Shown: positions 58,728 through 64,000 of the stretch, in pieces
Layout: every line of letters starts with the position of its first letter
How positions within the stretch are numbered: the first letter of the stretch is position 1
Assembly (NCBI GenBank): GCA_963770565.1
Contig: CAVYQE010000001.1
Coordinates: 896,001 to 960,000, forward strand
Source of the DNA: an uncultured Actinomycetota bacterium
Lineage (GTDB): Bacteria; Actinomycetota; Actinomycetes; JAFAQI01
Direction of reading: 5' to 3'
Length of the DNA: 64,000 bases
Notes under the pieces: generated by a model
Databases searched by the model: none
What the model saw: only the letters and a program-made list of their open reading frames with translations
What the model was told of the DNA's origin: nothing
Position numbers and translations under genes: made by a program

Positions 58728-59215
58728 CCCGACACCGACGGGAGGCCGCCGACGACGGGTCGGTCCTGATCCTCGTGATCGGTTACACGGCGATCGCCGC
58801 AGTCCTGATCACGGTCGGGATCGACACGTCCAAGGTGTTTCTCGCCCGGCGGGCGTTGGCCTCGGCGACCGACTCGGCGGCGCTCGCGGCAGCCCAGGGC
58901 GTCGACCGCAGCGCGATCTACCACGGCAATGGGCTTCAGTGCGGCCAGCCGCTGCCGCTCGACCCGCAGCATGCCGCGAGCCTTGCGGCGCTCAGCGTGA
59001 GCGACGACCGGCGCGATCTCGGCCATCTCTTCCGATCGGTGGCGGCGCCGACCACGTCGCTCGATGCGGGCACGGTCACCGTGGCGGTTTCGGGCCTGGT
59101 CGCCGTACCGTTCGGGCGGGTCCTCGCCTGGCTCGACCCGGGCCACTCCGACGGGCTGGTCCGGGTCACCGAGACCTCCCACGCCCGCTCCCCGGTCGTC
59201 GGCGGAGCCTGCTGA
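58721..59215 (+). CDS. TadG-like pseudopilin
   Basis: DDG|[10 protein letters not shown]...L.RR.L...DSAALAAA. Confidence 0.87.
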   Translation: MLTRHRREAADDGSVLILVIGYTAIAAVLITVGIDTSKVFLARRALASATDSAALAAAQGVDRSAIYHGNGLQCGQPLPLDPQHAASLAALSVSDDRRDLGHLFRSVAAPTTSLDAGTVTVAVSGLVAVPFGRVLAWLDPGHSDGLVRVTETSHARSPVVGGAC

Positions 59216-59253
59216 GCGAACGCGGAGCGCGCGCCGCCGGTAACCTCGCGGAC

Positions 59254-60363
59254 GTGTCCGACGTCGAACCCGCAGAGGCGCTGAAGGCGCTGGTCGCGAC
59301 GCTGGACTCGATCGAGTCGGTGCTCGACCCCGCCGGGATGCGCACCCAGCTGGCCTCGCTCGAGGAGCAGGCGGCCGACCCCGACCTGTGGAACGACCAG
59401 GAGCGCGCCCAGCGGGTGACCAGGAAGATGGCGTCGTTGCGGGCCGACCTGGGCCGGCTCGATGCCCTGCACGCCCGGCTCGACGACCTGTCGGCCGCGA
59501 TCGAGCTCGAGGACCCCGACCTGATGGCCGAGGCGGCCGAGGCACTGCCGGCGCTGCAGGCCGACATCGACGCGCTGGAGATCCGCACCCTGCTCTCCGG
59601 GGAGTACGACGAGCGTGACGCGCTGATCACGATCAACTCCGGCACCGGCGGCACGGACGCCGCCGACTGGGCCGAGATGCTGATGCGGATGTACCTGCGC
59701 TGGGCCGAGCGGCACGAGTACCCGACCGAGGTCTTCGACACCTCCTACGCCGAAGAGGCCGGGATCAAGTCGGCCACCTTCGTGGTCAATGCGCCCTTCG
59801 GGTACGGCACCCTCGCCGGCGAGCACGGCGTACACCGGCTGGTGCGGATCTCGCCGTTCGACAACCAGTCGAGGCGGCAGACCTCGTTCGCGAGCGTCGA
59901 TGTCACCCCGGTGGTCGAGGAGACCGACGAGGTCGAGATCCCCGACGAGGACATCCGGGTCGACGTCTACCGCTCCTCCGGCCCGGGCGGCCAGGGCGTC
60001 AACACCACCGACTCCGCGGTCCGGCTCACCCACCTCCCGACCGGCATCGTGGTCACCTGCCAGAACGAGCGCAGCCAGATCCAGAACCGGGCCCGCGCGA
60101 TGGAGGTCCTCGCCGCCAAACTGCTCGAAGTCCGCCGCCAGGAGGCCGCCGACGAGATGGGCCGGCTCAAGGGCTCCCGCAACACGGTCGGGTTCGGCAG
60201 CGACGACAAGGTCCGCGACTACGTGCTGCATCCGTACCAATTAGTAAAGGACGCCCGCACCGGTCTCGAGGTCGGAAACACTGGTGCGGTGCTCGACGGC
60301 GACATCGATGCGTTCATCGACGCGGAGGTGCGCTGGCGTCGCAAGCAGGCTGATGCGGAGTAA
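59254..60363 (+). CDS. prfB: Peptide chain release factor 2
   Basis: [31 protein letters not shown]; no programmed frameshift. Confidence 0.98.
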   Translation: MSDVEPAEALKALVATLDSIESVLDPAGMRTQLASLEEQAADPDLWNDQERAQRVTRKMASLRADLGRLDALHARLDDLSAAIELEDPDLMAEAAEALPALQADIDALEIRTLLSGEYDERDALITINSGTGGTDAADWAEMLMRMYLRWAERHEYPTEVFDTSYAEEAGIKSATFVVNAPFGYGTLAGEHGVHRLVRISPFDNQSRRQTSFASVDVTPVVEETDEVEIPDEDIRVDVYRSSGPGGQGVNTTDSAVRLTHLPTGIVVTCQNERSQIQNRARAMEVLAAKLLEVRRQEAADEMGRLKGSRNTVGFGSDDKVRDYVLHPYQLVKDARTGLEVGNTGAVLDGDIDAFIDAEVRWRRKQADAE

Positions 60364-60384
60364 CTGCCGGTAGGCTTACCTCCT

Positions 60385-61074
60385 GTGATTCGCTTCCAGT
60401 CGGTGACGAAGACCTACCCGACGAGCACCAGACCCGCGCTCGACGACATCACCGTCGAGCTCGACAAGGGCGAGTTCGTCTTCCTGGTCGGGCAGTCCGG
60501 ATCGGGCAAATCGACCTTCCTGCGACTGGTGCTAAAAGAGGAGCAACCGACCAAAGGCGACATCTGGGTCGTCGGCAAGGACCTCGGCCGGATGCCGCGG
60601 CGCAAGGTGCCGGCGCTGCGCCGCCAGGTCGGCACGGTGTTCCAGGACTTCCGGCTGCTGCCCAACAAGACCGTTGCCGAGAACGTCGCGTTCGCCCTTG
60701 ACGTGATCGGGAAGCCGCGCCACACGGTGGCGAAGGTCGTGCCGGAGGTGCTTAGCCTGGTCGGCCTCGACGGCAAGGAGAACCGCCGTCCCGACGAGCT
60801 GTCCGGTGGCGAGCAGCAGCGGGTCGCGATCGCAAGGGCCTTCGTCAACCGGCCCCGGATCCTGCTCGCGGACGAGCCGACCGGCAACCTCGATCCCACC
60901 ACCAGCGTCGGCATTATGAAGCTGCTCGACCGGATCAACCGGACCGGTACGACGGTCGTGATGGCGACTCACGACTCCAACATCGTCGACTCCATGCGCC
61001 GCCGAGTGGTCGAGCTCGAAGCCGGCCGCGTGACCCGCGATCAGAACCGCGGCGTCTACGGCTACTCCCGCTGA
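60385..61074 (+). CDS. ftsE: Cell division ATP-binding protein FtsE
   Basis: [33 protein letters not shown]; synteny. Confidence 0.97.
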   Translation: MIRFQSVTKTYPTSTRPALDDITVELDKGEFVFLVGQSGSGKSTFLRLVLKEEQPTKGDIWVVGKDLGRMPRRKVPALRRQVGTVFQDFRLLPNKTVAENVAFALDVIGKPRHTVAKVVPEVLSLVGLDGKENRRPDELSGGEQQRVAIARAFVNRPRILLADEPTGNLDPTTSVGIMKLLDRINRTGTTVVMATHDSNIVDSMRRRVVELEAGRVTRDQNRGVYGYSR

Positions 61075-61090
61075 GCACCCGGAGACCATC

Positions 61091-61996
61091 GTGATGCGCT
61101 TTCAGTTCGTCGTGTCGGAGTTGGCCATCGGCTTGCGCCGCAACGTCACGATGACGGTCGCCGCGATGGTGACCATCACGATCTCGCTGACCCTGCTCGG
61201 CGGTGCGCTGATGATCCGCTCCGGCGCATCCCGGCTCGAGCACGACCTGCTCAACAACATCGAGGTTTCGGTCTACCTGCAGCCCGCTTGCGGTACGCCG
61301 AACGCGCCGTCGAACTGCGTGACGCTGGCCGAACAGGCCTCGATCCAGCGGACGCTGAAGCAGCTCCCGCAGGTGAAGGGCGTGCAGTTCATCTCCTCGG
61401 CGAGCGCCTACCAGCGCTTCCGCGACGACTTCGCCCAGGATCCCGACCTGCTCAAGAACACGCCGAAGGACGCCCTGCCGGCGTCGTTCGCGGTGTCGCT
61501 CAAAGACCCGCATCAGTTCGCGGTCATCAACAGCGCGGTCAGCCAGGCGCCTGGTGTGCAGTCGGTCACCAACGCCTCGCAGGACCTCAAGGCGTTGTTC
61601 GCGTTCTTCCACCGGGTCACGCTCGGCGTACTGCTGATCGCTGCGCTGCTGTTGGCCGCGACCTGCCTGCTGATCTACAACACCATGCTGGTCGCCGCGT
61701 TCACCCGGCGCCGGGAGACCGGGATCATGCGGCTGGTCGGCGCGTCCGACTTCTACATCCAGGCACCGTTCATTCTCGAAGGCACGGTCATCGGCGTAAT
61801 CGGATCGGCACTCGCGCTGTCGCTGATGGCGATCGTGCGACTGTTCGTCGCCAACTCGACGCAGCACTCGCCGATCCTCAAGCCGTTCGGCGAGTGGTCG
61901 ACGTTCTGGCATGCGGTGCCGCTCGTGATCCTGGTCGGAGTTGTCCTGTCGGCGCTGGCGTCGTTCCTCACCCTGCGCCGCCACCTGCGCGTGTAG
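61091..61996 (+). CDS. ftsX: Cell division permease FtsX
   Basis: GLRRN..MT.A, RRRETGIMRLVGAS..YIQ.PF.LEG. Confidence 0.97.
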   Translation: MMRFQFVVSELAIGLRRNVTMTVAAMVTITISLTLLGGALMIRSGASRLEHDLLNNIEVSVYLQPACGTPNAPSNCVTLAEQASIQRTLKQLPQVKGVQFISSASAYQRFRDDFAQDPDLLKNTPKDALPASFAVSLKDPHQFAVINSAVSQAPGVQSVTNASQDLKALFAFFHRVTLGVLLIAALLLAATCLLIYNTMLVAAFTRRRETGIMRLVGASDFYIQAPFILEGTVIGVIGSALALSLMAIVRLFVANSTQHSPILKPFGEWSTFWHAVPLVILVGVVLSALASFLTLRRHLRV

Positions 61997-62002
61997 TTCT
62001 CG

Positions 62003-62479
62003 ATGGTCAAGGAGACCGGGCGCAAGCTGATCGCCCAGAACCGCAAGGCTCGCCACAACTTCGCGATCGAGGACGTCTTCGAGGCTGGCCTGGTGCTGCA
62101 CGGCACCGAAGTGAAGTCGCTGCGCGAGGGCCGGGCATCGATCGTCGACGCCTATGGACACGTGCGCGACGGCGAGATCTGGCTCGAAGGGCTGCACATC
62201 CCCGAGTACGCCCAGGGCACCTGGACCAACCACGAGCCACGGCGTACCCGCAAGCTGCTCCTGCACCGCAAGGAGATCGACCGGCTGATCGGCAAGACCA
62301 AGGAGAGTGGCCTGACGCTCGTGCCGCTGTCCTTGTATTTCAAGGACGGCAAGGCGAAGGTCGAGATCGCGCTCGCGCGCGGCAAGCGCACGTACGACAA
62401 GCGGCAGGCCCTGGCGACTCGCGATGCGGAGCGGGAGATCGCCCGGTCGGCCGGGCGCCGGGCGAAGGGCCGCGACTGA
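62003..62479 (+). CDS. smpB: SsrA-binding protein
   Basis: [34 protein letters not shown]. Confidence 0.98.
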   Translation: MVKETGRKLIAQNRKARHNFAIEDVFEAGLVLHGTEVKSLREGRASIVDAYGHVRDGEIWLEGLHIPEYAQGTWTNHEPRRTRKLLLHRKEIDRLIGKTKESGLTLVPLSLYFKDGKAKVEIALARGKRTYDKRQALATRDAEREIARSAGRRAKGRD

Positions 62480-62512
62480 CCGTCGCGGTCGCGGCTCGGG
62501 GAGACTGAGGGC

Positions 62513-63400
62513 GTGGTCGACCCGCCCCGCAACGATGCCGAGGTGCCTGCCTTCTGGCAGGCGCTCGGGCTACCGGGCCTGATCGACGCTCATGTCCATT
62601 TCATGCCTGACCAGGTCATGCGCAAGGTGTGGGCGTACTTCGACTCGGCCGGCCCGCTGACCGGCCGCGACTGGCCGATCGCCTACCGCTGGCCGGAGCC
62701 CGAGCGGCTCGCGCACCTGCGCGGGATGGGGGTCCGGGCCTTTCCGTCGCTGGTCTATGCGCACAAGCCGGGGATGGCGGCCTGGCTCAACGAGTGGGCG
62801 CGCGAGTTCGCCGCGGCCAACGACGACGTCCTGCTGAGCGCGACGATCTTCCCCGAACCGGAGGTCGCGGCCTACCTCGACGACGCGCTGCGGGCCGGGC
62901 TACGGGTGGTGAAGGTGCACGTCCAGGTCGGCGGTTTCGATCCGCGCGACCCGCTGCTCGACCCTGCGTGGGGGATGCTGGCCGACGCCGGCGTACCGGT
63001 CGTCGTTCATGCCGGCAGCGGGCCGACGCCGGGGGCGTTCACCGGCTCCGGGCCGATCGGCGAGGTGCTTGCCAGGCATCCGGCGCTGCCGATGATTGCC
63101 GCCCACATGGGCATGCCGGAGTACGACGAATTCCTGGGCTTCGCTGAGCGTTATGCCAACGTGCGCGTCGACACCACCATGTGCTTCACCGACTTCTCCG
63201 GGAGCATTGCGCTCGGGGAGCGGCTGGCGCCGCTGCTCGTCGCCCTGCAGGACAAGGTGCTGCTCGGCGCCGACTTCCCGAACATCCCCTACCCGTACTC
63301 CCACCAGCTCGAGGCGCTGGCCCGGCTCGGCCTTGGCGACGACTGGCTGCGCGCGGTCTGCTGGGACAACGCCGCGCAGCTGTTCGGGATCGGTGGGTGA
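62513..63400 (+). CDS. Amidohydrolase 2 family protein
   Basis: IDAHVHF, KVHVQVG, VVHAGS, AHMG, GADFPNIPY. Confidence 0.92.
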   Translation: MVDPPRNDAEVPAFWQALGLPGLIDAHVHFMPDQVMRKVWAYFDSAGPLTGRDWPIAYRWPEPERLAHLRGMGVRAFPSLVYAHKPGMAAWLNEWAREFAAANDDVLLSATIFPEPEVAAYLDDALRAGLRVVKVHVQVGGFDPRDPLLDPAWGMLADAGVPVVVHAGSGPTPGAFTGSGPIGEVLARHPALPMIAAHMGMPEYDEFLGFAERYANVRVDTTMCFTDFSGSIALGERLAPLLVALQDKVLLGADFPNIPYPYSHQLEALARLGLGDDWLRAVCWDNAAQLFGIGG

Positions 63401-64000
63401 GCCCGGTGGACACGGTCGGTCGCAGCCTGTCCGAGGGCTTCTTCATGTTCTGGGACACCCTGTGGGCGCTCGTGCTGGGCTTCACGCTGTCCGGCGTCGT
63501 GCAGGCGTTCGTGTCGCGGGCCCAGCTGCAGCGGGTGATGGGCGACCACCGGCCCCGGACGGTGGTGCGGACCTCGCTGCTGGGTGCGGCATCGTCGTCG
63601 TGCTCGTACGCCGCGAGTGCGCTGGCCCGGACGTTGTTCGCTCGCGGCGCTGACTTCACCACCGCGATGGTGTTCATGATCGCCTCGACCAACCTGGTGG
63701 TCGAGCTCGGCATCGTGCTCTGGCTGCTGGTCGGCTGGCAGTTCGCGGTGGCCGAGTTCGTCGGCGGCTCGATCATGATCGCGCTGCTGACCGTGATCGG
63801 GCCGAGAGTCTTCCGCGGTCGCTTTCTCGCGGACGCTCGTCGGCAGGTGGCGGCGAGCCAGCCGGCCGATCTGCCGGTCGATCCCGAGCTGGTGGCGGGC
63901 GCTGCGGCGCCGAGCCGCTGGCGGTCGCGCCGGACCTGGGCGGACGCCGCGGCATTCACGATCGCTGACCTTCGGATGCTGCGCCGCGAGCTTGTCATCG
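63397..64000 (+). CDS. Predicted permease (DUF318/ArsP-like), truncated by the window end
   Basis: MSPVDTVGRSLSEGFFMFWDTLWALVLGF...GAASSSCSYAA...FMIASTNLVVELG. Confidence 0.88.
   Translation, partial: MSPVDTVGRSLSEGFFMFWDTLWALVLGFTLSGVVQAFVSRAQLQRVMGDHRPRTVVRTSLLGAASSSCSYAASALARTLFARGADFTTAMVFMIASTNLVVELGIVLWLLVGWQFAVAEFVGGSIMIALLTVIGPRVFRGRFLADARRQVAASQPADLPVDPELVAGAAAPSRWRSRRTWADAAAFTIADLRMLRRELVI

Noticed and set aside
59254-59400. Programmed +1 frameshift in prfB
   Set aside because: The ORF is continuous with no CTT TGA site, which is normal for Actinobacteria.
62479-64000. tmRNA (ssrA) expected after smpB
   Set aside because: The region is fully coding and no tmRNA ends are visible; it probably lies outside the window.

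Overview
High-GC actinobacterial chromosome segment (Frankiales/Acidothermales/Mycobacteriales-like, judged from gene content). It opens inside a giant membrane-anchored protein with at least 18 Cys-containing Ig-like repeats, including a recent 855-bp tandem duplication. That gene is translationally coupled to a membrane GAF-GGDEF diguanylate cyclase. Next come two methyltransferases, an atypical patatin, an orphan FHA-FtsK (EccC/EssC-like) ATPase, a PspC two-component locus, an S53 protease, a decarboxylase and an aldehyde dehydrogenase. A formamidase with a NitT/TauT ABC transporter, npdG and a 14-repeat secreted propeller protein follow. A 12-kb sugar catabolic cluster looks like a deacetylase-free alpha-galactosaminide to tagatose pathway. 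An intact IS630 sits beside a small decaying island with two disrupted secreted-protein genes and several microproteins. The window ends with two more secreted proteins, a minimal Tad/Flp pilus operon and the core prfB-ftsE-ftsX-smpB block. No rRNA, tRNA, tmRNA or CRISPR array was recognised. The best candidates for an undescribed system are (1) the giant Ig-repeat protein plus cyclase pair, (2) a shared CCACAG/TAGCGT promoter signature linking the Tad pilus, the FHA-FtsK ATPase and a secreted beta-solenoid protein, and (3) the GH4/SIS/beta-helix amino-sugar pathway. All calls come from reading motifs by eye; no database search was run.
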